NCBI RefSeq assembly: GCF_937976295.1 | Contig: NZ_CALJRY010000298.1 | Location: 1-33,952 of the forward strand | Length of the DNA stretch: 33,952 nucleotides | Reading direction: 5' to 3' | DNA from: an uncultured Rothia sp. | GTDB taxonomy: Bacteria; Actinomycetota; Actinomycetes; Actinomycetales; Micrococcaceae | Part shown: in pieces, positions 1-8,893 of the stretch | Layout: every line of letters begins with the position of its first letter | How positions within the stretch are numbered: position 1 is the stretch's first letter | The notes under the pieces: generated by a model | The model's database searches: none | Told to the model about the DNA's origin: nothing | What the model saw: the letters and a program-made list of their open reading frames with translations, nothing else | Program-made: the position numbers and the translations under genes

Positions 1-103
1 CTTCGTGCTCGCTCCAGGTGGGCTGCTGGTCAATGTGCAGCTGACGCCAGGTGTCCAGGCCGTGGTCGGGGGCCTGCGAGGTGCTGAGGTTTTGATTGCT
101 CAT
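1..103 (-). CDS. 5' end (partial) of a class II DAHP synthase (3-deoxy-7-phosphoheptulonate synthase)
   Basis: Not in the ORF track. ATG at 103 with GGAG upstream reads MSNQNLSTSQAPDHGLDTWRQLHIDQQPTWSEHE off the window edge. LDxWRxLxxxQQPxW resembles actinobacterial class II DAHPS N-termini, and the gene commonly lies next to a plsC-like gene. Confidence 0.7.
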   Translation of the reverse strand, partial: MSNQNLSTSQAPDHGLDTWRQLHIDQQPTWSEHE

Positions 104-370
104 CTTCACTCCATCGGGATGGTCTTGTGCGTTTTCTGGTTCAGCCCCGTTTCGGGTGCTCGGCGCGCCGCGTGCGGCGTGCTGGCTTACGATTCTTCAG
201 ACTGAATAGACCTAATTGTACTCTTGCTTACTTCAACACCTAACCCTGCTGTCAGGTACATCTCACATGTTTAGATAGCGTCCCGGTGTCGGTGGTCAGC
301 GGGTTAGTGTTCAGGGGGTTGAGATGAGCAGCAACAGGCTGAAAAGCACCGTCGCACAACGGCATACGAA

Positions 371-404
371 AGGGCGGGATGCGGCATGTACCGCATCCCG
401 CCCT
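371..404 (-). terminator. Hairpin downstream of the plsC-like gene
   Basis: Perfect 14-bp stem AGGGCGGGATGCGG/CCGCATCCCGCCCT with a short U-run on the minus strand. Confidence 0.7.
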
Positions 405-454
405 CTGGCGTATGTGTGCGCTCAGGGAGCTGTCTCAGGGTGCTGTCTCAATGT

Positions 455-1204
455 TTAGTGCTGCAGGTGTGCGATTGCCGCCTCAGCGCTCATGTTCTTA
501 TCAGCCATGAGCTTCTTGACGCGGTCAGCGTAAACGTCCACGTATTCCTGGCCGCTCAGGGTACGGATTTCAGCACCGATACGGTCGGCAATTTCACGCT
601 GAACGCGGTAGCTCGTGTCTGAGCCGTCGGTGTATTCCTCGAAGATGAGGGGCTTGCCGATAATGGTGCGCACCCGAATGGGCTTGCCGTCGTGGCGCAG
701 GCGGATACGGTTCGAACCTGAGGGCTGAATCAGGTCGGTACCAATCTGGCCGACGGGCACTACGGGCACGCCGGTTTCCAGGGCGAGGCGGGCGACACCG
801 ACCTTGGGACGGTAGCCGCGTCCGTCGGGGCTGCGGGTGCCTTCAGGGTAGATGCCGATCACGCCGCCGTCCTTGAGGACCTGCGCGCCGGCGTTGAGGG
901 ATTCCTGGCTCTTCTGCCCGCCCGAACGGTCCATGGGAAGCTGGCCAACACCGCGGAAGAACGCCGCCATGGCGCGCCCCTTCACGCCGGGGGTGGTGAA
1001 GTAGTCGCTCTTGGCGAGGAAGTTTACGGTGCGTGGCATAGCGAGAGGAATGAAAATGGAGTCGCAGAACGCCAGGTGGTTACTGGCGACGATGTAGGGG
1101 CCCTCGGGCAGATTCTCTAGGCCCACCACGTCATGGTGGTACAGTCCCTGCAACAGGGGGGAGCCAAGAATCTTGAGCGTTGAATAGAGGGCGGTGTTAG
1201 GCAT
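455..1204 (-). CDS. plsC: 1-acyl-sn-glycerol-3-phosphate (lysophospholipid) acyltransferase, PlsC family
   Basis: NHLAFCD (HX4D) and YPEGTRS motifs; AGGAG RBS upstream. Confidence 0.9.
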   Translation of the reverse strand: MPNTALYSTLKILGSPLLQGLYHHDVVGLENLPEGPYIVASNHLAFCDSIFIPLAMPRTVNFLAKSDYFTTPGVKGRAMAAFFRGVGQLPMDRSGGQKSQESLNAGAQVLKDGGVIGIYPEGTRSPDGRGYRPKVGVARLALETGVPVVPVGQIGTDLIQPSGSNRIRLRHDGKPIRVRTIIGKPLIFEEYTDGSDTSYRVQREIADRIGAEIRTLSGQEYVDVYADRVKKLMADKNMSAEAAIAHLQH

Positions 1205-1436
1205 GGGGTCTCCTCTCTGAATGTTCCCGGCTCAATTCTAGCGTGTCTGGAGAGGCGTAAGAGAACGCGCGATAATTAAAGAAAAGAGAACGATTTTTCT
1301 GCGCACCGGTGTATCGGGTGCTCGGGTGCGCTGGCGGCGATATACCAGCACCGCTACTGTCTCTGTGGTAGCCGGTCAAGGTACACTATAGAGCCTCACC
1401 TGCGCTCATACTCACGCAGGTTGGCGAAGGAGGACC

Positions 1437-2303
1437 ATGAGCATTTTTGATAACTCGTTGGATCCGCTCAAGCGGATGGGCCGCAAGGCTCGCGAGCACC
1501 GGCTTCTAGCAACCCAAAATGTTAAGGATTCCCTGGCACGCCGCTTCGGGGAAGAGCAGGATGCGCTCGACCACTCCCCTGTTTCTTTTACCCCCGATTC
1601 GGCTCAGCATTCCGTGGGTATTTTGCTGGTGCATGGTTTTACGGGTTCGCCACACAGTATGCGCCCGGTGGCTCAGCATTTTATGGAGCTCGGGTATGCG
1701 GTGGAGATGCCTGTGCTGACCGGTCACGCGACCCGTTGGCAGGATTTGCGTGATAGCACGTACCAGCAGTGGTTGGCTTCTGCTGAGCAGGCGTACCGTC
1801 GCCTGACCGATCAGGGGCTGCAGGTGGTGGTCATTGGCATGTCGATGGGTGGCACGGTGGCGACTCATCTGTCGGCGCGTCTGCCGGTTGCGGGCACGGT
1901 GCTGATTAACCCCTACATGGTGGATGTGAACCCGATGATGCGCCACGCCGGTAAGGTCTCGAAGGTTCTGCCGGTCCTGAAGGCAATTGGTTCCGATATT
2001 GCGATTCCGGGCGTGAGCGAGGGCGCGTATTCTGTCGTTCCGACGGCGGCGGTGCATCAGCTGCATCTTTTGGGCGCTGAGACTCGTGCTCTGATTCCGC
2101 AGTTGAAGTCACCGGTTCTGTATTTGCGTTCACTGGGCGATCATACTGTGTCGGATAGCTCCCACAAATATTTTCTCGAACGTTGTTCAGTTCCTGTAGA
2201 ATTTAGGTGGCTGACCCGCAGCTACCATGTGGCAACGCTCGACTACGACGCCGAGTACCTTCTCTCTACTGTTCAAGCTTTTGTCACATCCCTAAACCAC
2301 TAA
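1437..2303 (+). CDS. Alpha/beta-fold carboxylesterase / monoacylglycerol lipase-like protein
   Basis: HGFTGSP oxyanion motif, GMSMGG nucleophile elbow, DHTV acid, SYH catalytic His; AAGGAGG RBS. Confidence 0.9.
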   Translation: MSIFDNSLDPLKRMGRKAREHRLLATQNVKDSLARRFGEEQDALDHSPVSFTPDSAQHSVGILLVHGFTGSPHSMRPVAQHFMELGYAVEMPVLTGHATRWQDLRDSTYQQWLASAEQAYRRLTDQGLQVVVIGMSMGGTVATHLSARLPVAGTVLINPYMVDVNPMMRHAGKVSKVLPVLKAIGSDIAIPGVSEGAYSVVPTAAVHQLHLLGAETRALIPQLKSPVLYLRSLGDHTVSDSSHKYFLERCSVPVEFRWLTRSYHVATLDYDAEYLLSTVQAFVTSLNH

Positions 2304-2455
2304 ATTCTGAAGGTTCCACCCGCTGCAAAACTAGCGAATGCATCACCCGCCGCGGTGGGCAGAACAATCAGAAAGCTATCACGGCACCTCGAGAAATCGA
2401 GGACAGCCCGCGGCCCGGACCGCCCGAGCTGACGCCCTGATTTGAAAGGCGCATT

Positions 2456-4603
2456 ATGAAAGTCTTCTCCACCCCCGCTGAGGTGCTTGTCGACCCCTCG
2501 CTGAATCTGACAAGCATTGTTGAGCGCCACCGTGCCGATAGCTCCAATCCGGTGCTGTACCGCCGTCAGATGTCTCCGGGTAACTGGCAGCCGGTTCGCG
2601 CCCAGCAGTTCCACCAGATGGTGACCGACCTGGCTAAGGGCATGATTGCCGCTGGTATCCGCCCGGGTGACCGCGTGGGTATTATGAGCCGCACCCGTTT
2701 TGAGTGGACCGTCATTGACTTCGCGATTTGGTATGCCGGCGCTGTCTCCGTGCCGGTGTATGAGACGAACGCTGCCGCTCAGGCGGCGTGGGCGCTGTCC
2801 CATTCTGAGGCTATCGCTATCTTCGTCGAGGATGAGAAGCTCCTGAATCGTGTGGCTGAGGCTGAAGAATACGCCGCTTCTACTTCTGAGCCGTGTCAGC
2901 TCAAGCACCGCTGGGTCATTGAGAACGGTGACCTTGATACCCTCAGCGCTCGCGCGTCCGAGGTGAGCGATGAGCAGCTGGAGCAGGTACGTTCCGCTAG
3001 CGGCTGTGATGACATCGCGACCATTGTGTACACCTCCGGTACGACCGGTCGCCCTAAGGGTTGCCCGCTGACTCACGGCCACTTCCTGAACCTGAGCGCG
3101 AACACTAAAATTGCAGAGTCTGAGATTGCAAACCCCCGCAACTCCTCCATTCTTTTCTTGCCGCTGGCGCACGTTCTGGCGCGTCTGATTCAGGTTCTGG
3201 CGCTGGATGCCGGTCTGGTGATCGGTCACTCCCCCAATATTAAGAACCTGGCGTCTGACTTGGATAGCTTCAAGCCGACCATGCTGCTGGTGGTGCCCCG
3301 CGTCTTTGAGAAGGTGTATGAGGGCGCCATGGCGAAGGCGGCTAAGGGCGGTAAGTTCAATAAGGCTCTCTTTGAGCGTTCCACCGATATTGCGGTGCGC
3401 TGGTCGCAGGCGAAGGTTGAGGGACGCGTGCCCATCAAGCTGGCGGCACAGTACGCTCTGTACGACAAGTTGGTCTACTCGAAGCTGCGTGCGGCTCTGG
3501 GCGGCAAGCTGCGTTACGCGGTCTCCGGCGGCGGTCCCCTCGGCGAGCGCCTGGCGCACTTCTTCCACGCGGTGGGTGTGCAGGTGGTTGAGGGTTACGG
3601 TCTGACCGAGACCTGCGCCCCGATTGCGGCTGGCCGCATCAACCCGTACCAGATTGGCATGATTGGCCCGCTCCTCCCCGGTGCAGAAGGCTATATCGCT
3701 GAGGATGGCGAGCTTCTGGTTCGTGGCGTGGGCGTGATTAGCAGCTACTACAAGAACCCCGAAGAGGACGCTCAGGCGTTCACTGAGGACGGCTGGTTCC
3801 GTACCGGTGACCTGGCTCGTTTCGATGAGCGGGGCTACCTGAAGATTGTGGGCCGCAAGAAGGAAATCATTGTCACCGCCGGCGGTAAGAACGTGATTCC
3901 GGGTATTGCGGAGACTCATCTGCGTACCTCTCCCCTGGTTTCTCAGGCGATGCTGGTTGGCGATGAGAAGCCGTTCATTGCGGCTCTGGTGACTCTGGAT
4001 CCGGATACCCTGCCCGAGCAGTTGGAGCATCTGGGTCTGCCGCGTTCGCTCTCTGTCCCGGAGGCTGCTGTTCACCCAGCGGTTCGCGCCGCGATTCAGA
4101 AGCTTGTGGACGAGGCAAACCAGCTGGTTTCCCGCGCCGAGGGTATTCGCGAGTTCCGCATTATGAACCGCGACCTGACCGAGGCGGATGGCTATCTGAC
4201 TCCGTCGCAGAAGTTGCGCCGCGCGAAGATTCTGCAGGACTTCTCTTCCTACGTGGATGAGATGTACGGCAAGGTTTCCAATAGCACCTCGGATTCTTTG
4301 GCTCGTCTGCAGGAGTACGCGGCGGAGCAGTCTGAGAAGTTCGCTGAGCTGCGTGAGCAGGCTGCTGAGCGTCTGCACGAGTACGCGGATCATCAGGCGG
4401 AGCGTCTTGCCGAGCTACGTGAGCAGGCGGCTGAGAAGTTTGAGGAGCTGCGTGAGCAGACCGCCGAAATGATGCATAAGCATCAGGATGAGAAGGTTGA
4501 GGACTCTTCCGCAGAGGCGGAAAAGGTTGAGGAGTCTTCCGCTAATGCTCCGGCTGAGAAGCGCACTCAGGCTAAGAAACAGGCTGAAGGCGACAACGCA
4601 TAA
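2456..4603 (+). CDS. fadD: Long-chain fatty acid--CoA ligase (AMP-dependent synthetase) with a C-terminal repeat extension
   Basis: YTSGTTGRPKG, GYGLTET, GWFRTGD and GRKKEIIVTAGGKNV motifs; GAAAGG RBS. Confidence 0.92.
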   Translation: MKVFSTPAEVLVDPSLNLTSIVERHRADSSNPVLYRRQMSPGNWQPVRAQQFHQMVTDLAKGMIAAGIRPGDRVGIMSRTRFEWTVIDFAIWYAGAVSVPVYETNAAAQAAWALSHSEAIAIFVEDEKLLNRVAEAEEYAASTSEPCQLKHRWVIENGDLDTLSARASEVSDEQLEQVRSASGCDDIATIVYTSGTTGRPKGCPLTHGHFLNLSANTKIAESEIANPRNSSILFLPLAHVLARLIQVLALDAGLVIGHSPNIKNLASDLDSFKPTMLLVVPRVFEKVYEGAMAKAAKGGKFNKALFERSTDIAVRWSQAKVEGRVPIKLAAQYALYDKLVYSKLRAALGGKLRYAVSGGGPLGERLAHFFHAVGVQVVEGYGLTETCAPIAAGRINPYQIGMIGPLLPGAEGYIAEDGELLVRGVGVISSYYKNPEEDAQAFTEDGWFRTGDLARFDERGYLKIVGRKKEIIVTAGGKNVIPGIAETHLRTSPLVSQAMLVGDEKPFIAALVTLDPDTLPEQLEHLGLPRSLSVPEAAVHPAVRAAIQKLVDEANQLVSRAEGIREFRIMNRDLTEADGYLTPSQKLRRAKILQDFSSYVDEMYGKVSNSTSDSLARLQEYAAEQSEKFAELREQAAERLHEYADHQAERLAELREQAAEKFEELREQTAEMMHKHQDEKVEDSSAEAEKVEESSANAPAEKRTQAKKQAEGDNA

Positions 4604-4626
4604 CCGGCTCTGACTTTCCATATACG

Positions 4627-4666
4627 AGAGGAGGGGGCGTACCTCAGCGGTACGACCCCCTCCTCT
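4627..4666. terminator. Hairpin between the convergent fadD and mtr genes
   Basis: AGAGGAGGGGG-CGTACC / GGTACG-A-CCCCCTCCTCT stem followed by GTGTTTGT on the plus strand. Confidence 0.7.
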
Positions 4667-4747
4667 GTGTTTGTCCGCTAGAAGCCTATGCTTGCTAGAA
4701 ACCTCGACTTGCTAGAACCTCGGCTTCCGGGCGTTTTCTAGCCGCCG

Positions 4748-4792
4748 CTAGCTGGCGGATTCTTAGCTGGCGGGCTCTTAGTTGGCGGGCTC
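4748..4792 (-). repeat. Three degenerate 15-bp tandem copies of the mtr 3' end, including the stop codon
   Basis: Plus strand: CTAGCTGGCGGATTC / TTAGCTGGCGGGCTC / TTAGTTGGCGGGCTC. Confidence 0.8.
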
Positions 4793-6235
4793 GTCGAATT
4801 CCAGGCCGAGCAGCGCGTTCTCCACGATTTCGGTCAGTGCCGGGTGGATCCAGTACTGGCCGCGTGCGAGGGTGCGCGCATCCATGCCGAAGCTCATTGC
4901 CTGCAGTAGCGGCTGGATGAGCACGGAGGACTCTTCGCCAACCAGGTGTGCACCGAGCAGCTCGCCGTTGTCCTTGCGGGCGATGAGCTTGCACAGACCG
5001 ATCTTGTCTTCCATTGCCCAGCCGTAGGCGGTGTCGCCAAAGTTCTGTGCCTTGACGGTAATCTCAAAGCCTTCACACTCAGCCGCCTGGCGTGCCTGCT
5101 CTTCGGTCATGCCGACCACGGCAATCTGCGGGTTGCTGAATACCGCGCCGGGTACGTAGCGGTGGTCGCTGGCGCGCAGGTCCTCGGGGTGGCTGAGGTT
5201 GTGCTGCACAACGCGTGCCTCGTGGTTTGCCACGTGCTTGAGCTGGTAGCGGCTGGACACGTCGCCGAGGGCGTAGACGCCGGGTACGGGCGCGCCGTTG
5301 TAGAGCACGCGCTGGTACTTATCGACGCTGAGCTGACCACCCTCCTGCACATCGAAGTAGTTCTTCGCGTTGAGGGTGTCGGTGTTGGGGCGGCGGCCGG
5401 TTGCCACGAGCACGGCGTCTGCCGGGATTTCGAGCAGTTCTTCACCGTTCTCACAGGTGCGCTTAGCTACGACGGTCACGCTGCCGTCGGCGTTCTCGCG
5501 GATTTCGGAGAGGGACGCATCCTTGACGATGTTCCACTGCTTGCTTGCGGCTTCTTCGAAACGTGCCACAACTTCTTCGTCCACGCCGCGCAGCAGGCGG
5601 GAGGAGCGGTTCAGCTGGGTTACTTCGGTGCCGAATGCGGAGAAAACGTGGGAGAATTCTGCCGCGATCACGCCGCCGCCGATGACGACCATGCGGGCGG
5701 GCAGCTCGTCCATGCGCATAACGTTGTCGTTGGTGTAGACCTTGGAGGAGTCGATACCGGGCACGGGAGGCAGCACGGCGCGCGAACCTGCCGCAACGAC
5801 AATCTGGCGACCCTGCAGACGGGTACCGTCGGTCAGCTCAACGGTGTGGGAGCCGACGAAGCGCGCGTACTGGTCGTAGAAGTCGACGTTGGGCAGACCG
5901 GCACGCCATTCGCGGCCGCCTTCAACAATCGGGTCAATGCGGGAGGCGAAGATACGGTCGCGAATCTGCGCCCAGTGCACGGCGTCTACGTGTGCGTCAA
6001 CGCCCAGGTGCTTGACCTCGCGGGTCTTCTGCGCGATGGTCGCCGGGTAGACGTACATCTTGGTGGGGATGCAGCCAACGTTCAGGCAGGTGCCGCCGAA
6101 GATACCGCCGTCGATGAGGGCGACCTTCTTGTCGTCCCATTCGGGGCCGATGAGGGTGTTGCCGGATCCGGAGCCGATGACGATGAGGTCGTATTGTGCT
6201 ACGCCGTCAATGCGTTCTACGTTCTCGATGCTCAT
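4778..6235 (-). CDS. mtr: Mycothione reductase
   Basis: GSGSGN FAD loop, GGTCLNVGCIPTK redox disulfide, QLKHVANHE, and C-terminal ARGQYWIHPALTE typical of Mtr. Confidence 0.93.
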   Translation of the reverse strand: MSIENVERIDGVAQYDLIVIGSGSGNTLIGPEWDDKKVALIDGGIFGGTCLNVGCIPTKMYVYPATIAQKTREVKHLGVDAHVDAVHWAQIRDRIFASRIDPIVEGGREWRAGLPNVDFYDQYARFVGSHTVELTDGTRLQGRQIVVAAGSRAVLPPVPGIDSSKVYTNDNVMRMDELPARMVVIGGGVIAAEFSHVFSAFGTEVTQLNRSSRLLRGVDEEVVARFEEAASKQWNIVKDASLSEIRENADGSVTVVAKRTCENGEELLEIPADAVLVATGRRPNTDTLNAKNYFDVQEGGQLSVDKYQRVLYNGAPVPGVYALGDVSSRYQLKHVANHEARVVQHNLSHPEDLRASDHRYVPGAVFSNPQIAVVGMTEEQARQAAECEGFEITVKAQNFGDTAYGWAMEDKIGLCKLIARKDNGELLGAHLVGEESSVLIQPLLQAMSFGMDARTLARGQYWIHPALTEIVENALLGLEFDEPAN

Positions 6236-6465
6236 GTGGTCCTCTCGTTGATGGTGTTGAGGCTGGGCTCGTTCCCAGCGTGCCCCTCGATGACGGGCTT
6301 ATTCCTGTTACTGCCACTATAACGTGTACGGGCAGCACGCTATTCCCGCTATCTCATCTCTTTACCTGCTGATACGCGAAAGCGCGCCGTCCCAAAGAAC
6401 GCAGCGGTTCTTTGAGAAGACGCACTCAAGCGGTAAAACTATATGAGCCCGCGGATTAGTGGCGC

Positions 6466-7278
6466 TTAGATGTCAGCCATGAGCCCAGCCAGCAGGCGGG
6501 TAAAGTCAATCGCGGGATCAACCGATTCTTCGTCGGGCCAAAAATGAATCGGGTACGCGGCACCCTGGGCGCGCTGCAGCACGGGGCTTTCAGCGAGTAC
6601 GGGTTCTGCCACGAGCTCGCCGAAGAGGGAACGCATTTCGTCGCGTCGGTAGCGGTGTTCGCTGTCGTTGGGGCGCATCTTATTGATAACTACTCCCGCA
6701 CCATCAATGCTGATGCCGCTTTCCTGCTGAAAACGCACGATGGCGCGCAGGGTTCGTTCGGTGCCCGCCACCGAGAAGAGAGAGGGTTCAGCGACCGAGA
6801 GGATGCGCTCACTCACCGCCCAGCCCATCGACGACAGGGTGCCGAGGAACGGCGGGCAGTCAATCAGGATGACGTCGTAGGCGTCCGCTGCCGCCTCCAC
6901 CATGCGCTTGAATCGGCGGATGAAAGGTGCCGCGTCCTGTCGGTCCACGAGGGTGGAACGAGCCGAACCGCGCGCCACCTTTACGCTACCGGTGGTCACG
7001 GGGTTATTGGTCAGCAGGGTGGGTTTGCCAACGAGCGAGTTCCAGGAGGAGCTACCGGCGTCCTCCGCGAAGGCGCGCTCATTGGAGCTGGCGATTAGGG
7101 AGGCGACGTCGGGGATAGTTTCATCCACCGCCAGGCCGGTGCTGGCGTCGCCGTGGGGGTCGAGGTCAATAACGAGTGTGGAGAGTCCGCTGTGTAATGC
7201 CGCGGAGGCGAGCCCCAAAGTGATGGACGTTTTACCAACGCCACCTTTGAGGCTGCTGATACTGACGATGCGGGGCAT
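6466..7278 (-). CDS. ParA/MinD-family ATPase
   Basis: Deviant Walker A KGGVGKTS, LVIDLDPHG and ILIDCPP; no adjacent parB. Confidence 0.9.
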   Translation of the reverse strand: MPRIVSISSLKGGVGKTSITLGLASAALHSGLSTLVIDLDPHGDASTGLAVDETIPDVASLIASSNERAFAEDAGSSSWNSLVGKPTLLTNNPVTTGSVKVARGSARSTLVDRQDAAPFIRRFKRMVEAAADAYDVILIDCPPFLGTLSSMGWAVSERILSVAEPSLFSVAGTERTLRAIVRFQQESGISIDGAGVVINKMRPNDSEHRYRRDEMRSLFGELVAEPVLAESPVLQRAQGAAYPIHFWPDEESVDPAIDFTRLLAGLMADI

Positions 7279-7411
7279 GCAGGTCCCTTTTTTGAGTGAG
7301 GTGTAATGCCCCTTTATTTTAGCGAATCTTCGCTTTTCTTCCGGCTCTGACAGGGGTGTATCTTGAGTTTTTTCTCAAGTGAGCATTGAATATTCCCTAG
7401 GGTTTAAAGGT

Positions 7412-7454
7412 TCTGCCCGCGCTCGCCACCGGGTAGGTAGTGAGCGCGGGCAGA
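7412..7454. terminator. Stem-loop downstream of the MerR gene
   Basis: Inverted repeat TCTGCCCGCGCTC / GAGCGCGGGCAGA. Confidence 0.55.
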
Positions 7455-7479
7455 TTCAAGATATGTGGTTTAGTCCTAT

Positions 7480-7533
7480 GTTTTATGCCTGTGCGCGGCG
7501 GGCGCGGTTTTATGCCTGAGCACGGCGGGCGCG
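7480..7533 (-). repeat. 27-bp in-frame tandem duplication of the MerR gene 3' end
   Basis: GTTTTATGCCTGTGCGCGGCGGGCGCG (7480-7506) vs GTTTTATGCCTGAGCACGGCGGGCGCG (7507-7533). Confidence 0.85.
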
Positions 7534-8157
7534 GCGGGCGGCGAGTTCGTCGCCTTCGAAGTTCTCGTGCATTTCTTCGCCGGGCTGACCGTTGAGGTTC
7601 ATTTCGATTTCTCGCCAGACGCGGCCAATCGCGATACCGAAGACGCCCTGACCAGCCTGAACCAGGTCGATAACCTCGCTCGGGGAGGTGCATTCGTAGA
7701 CGGTGGTGCCGTCACTCATCAGGGTGATGTTCGCGAGGTCGTCAATGCCGCGGGTACGCAGATGCTCGATGGAGGTGCGGATCTGCTGCAGGGACACGCC
7801 GGTGTCGAGCAGTCGCTTCACGATCTTGAGCACGAGCACGTCGCGGAAGCTGTAGAGGCGCTGGGTACCGGAACCGGATGCGCCACGCACGGTGGGTACG
7901 ACCAGGTCGGTGCGTGCCCAGTAGTCGAGCTGACGGTAGGTGATGCCGGCTGCCTTGCAGGCGACGGCGCCACGGTAGCCGAGGTTTTCCTCGACGACAG
8001 AGACAGGGTCGGTGAAGAGTACGCCCTGTTCACCGCGCGGAGGCGGTGCTACGGGGAAGAGGGTGTCAAAGCCGTCCAGGGGCTGGTCGAAGCCCTGGGG
8101 TGCCTCATGGGTACCTGCGGCCTCGCCTGCATTTTCGGCTACCTGCTGCTCTAGCAC
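7510..8157 (-). CDS. MerR-family transcriptional regulator, Rv1830-like
   Basis: GYRGAVACKAAGITYRQLDYWARTDLVVP...GSGTQRLYSFRD...LLDTGVSLQQIR and C-terminal DELAARRARR; GTG start with AAGGAGG RBS. Confidence 0.9.
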   Translation of the reverse strand: MLEQQVAENAGEAAGTHEAPQGFDQPLDGFDTLFPVAPPPRGEQGVLFTDPVSVVEENLGYRGAVACKAAGITYRQLDYWARTDLVVPTVRGASGSGTQRLYSFRDVLVLKIVKRLLDTGVSLQQIRTSIEHLRTRGIDDLANITLMSDGTTVYECTSPSEVIDLVQAGQGVFGIAIGRVWREIEMNLNGQPGEEMHENFEGDELAARRARRAQA

Positions 8158-8193
8158 GGCCCCTCCTTTTCGTTAACCCGTTTAATGCGATTC

Positions 8194-8881
8194 ACCGCGC
8201 CCTATCAAATGTGGTCGACTTCGTTCCGGTGTAGCCCCGATTTTCGGGGTGAGGTTCTAGGGCTAAGCCTTAGAATCTGCATCTATGATTCGCGTGGCTC
8301 CCTCTAGGAGGTCAGCTACGCGGTTTTCAATACTACACATTGGTTCGACTATTCGCTTCGCAGAACACGAGGTTCGTAGAACACAACTCGATAGTGCGAC
8401 CGATGCGCGATAGGCGCGGTTGTTCAATCTATTTTAACTGATAGAGGGCTCTACTTAAAATTGAACCCACCGGAGCGAATGATCTTTCCTGATTCATTCG
8501 TACCTCTTTAACGCCCCTATAGGGCCACTCCTCCCCCGCTATTGCGTTAGCTTTCCCTGGATATCCACCCCACAGGGGAGTTTAAAAAGTAAATGCGCAC
8601 GGATAGGTAGTCCGTACGCATTTACAGCTGAGTTGAGTGAATAGCCTTGGCAGGCCGGGAGCCCCCTGGTTAGAAAGCTCTTCGTGTTGGACGAAGGGGT
8701 AGAAGTTCCGAGCGTGCCAGCGTCGGCTTCGTCCAAGTCTAGAGGCCGCTACCCGCTGGTAAGGGGTAGGGACTATAGAGGGAATCACCGTGGTCAGTGG
8801 TGTTTCCCGAGGGAAATCCCCGTTTGGGGGTGCGGTAAAACCGCTGAGGTTTTACGAGCGGCAGGCTGTCCGGTAGTCTGC
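8194..8881. ncRNA. Candidate large structured RNA of unassigned family
   Basis: About 15 helices within ~690 nt, including nested long-range pairings; no credible ORF. See findings. Confidence 0.5.
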
Positions 8882-8893
8882 GTCTTCGTACGC

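Noticed and set aside
6466..7278. ParA as evidence of a plasmid, prophage or oriC
   Set aside because: No parB, integrase, rep or dnaA; the flanking genes are core chromosomal.
7362..7379. CTTGAG-TTTTTT-CTCAAG upstream of parA resembling an HspR HAIR operator
   Set aside because: HAIR is CTTGAGT-N7-ACTCAAG; the spacer here is 3 bp too short. It could still be another operator, but nothing supports that.
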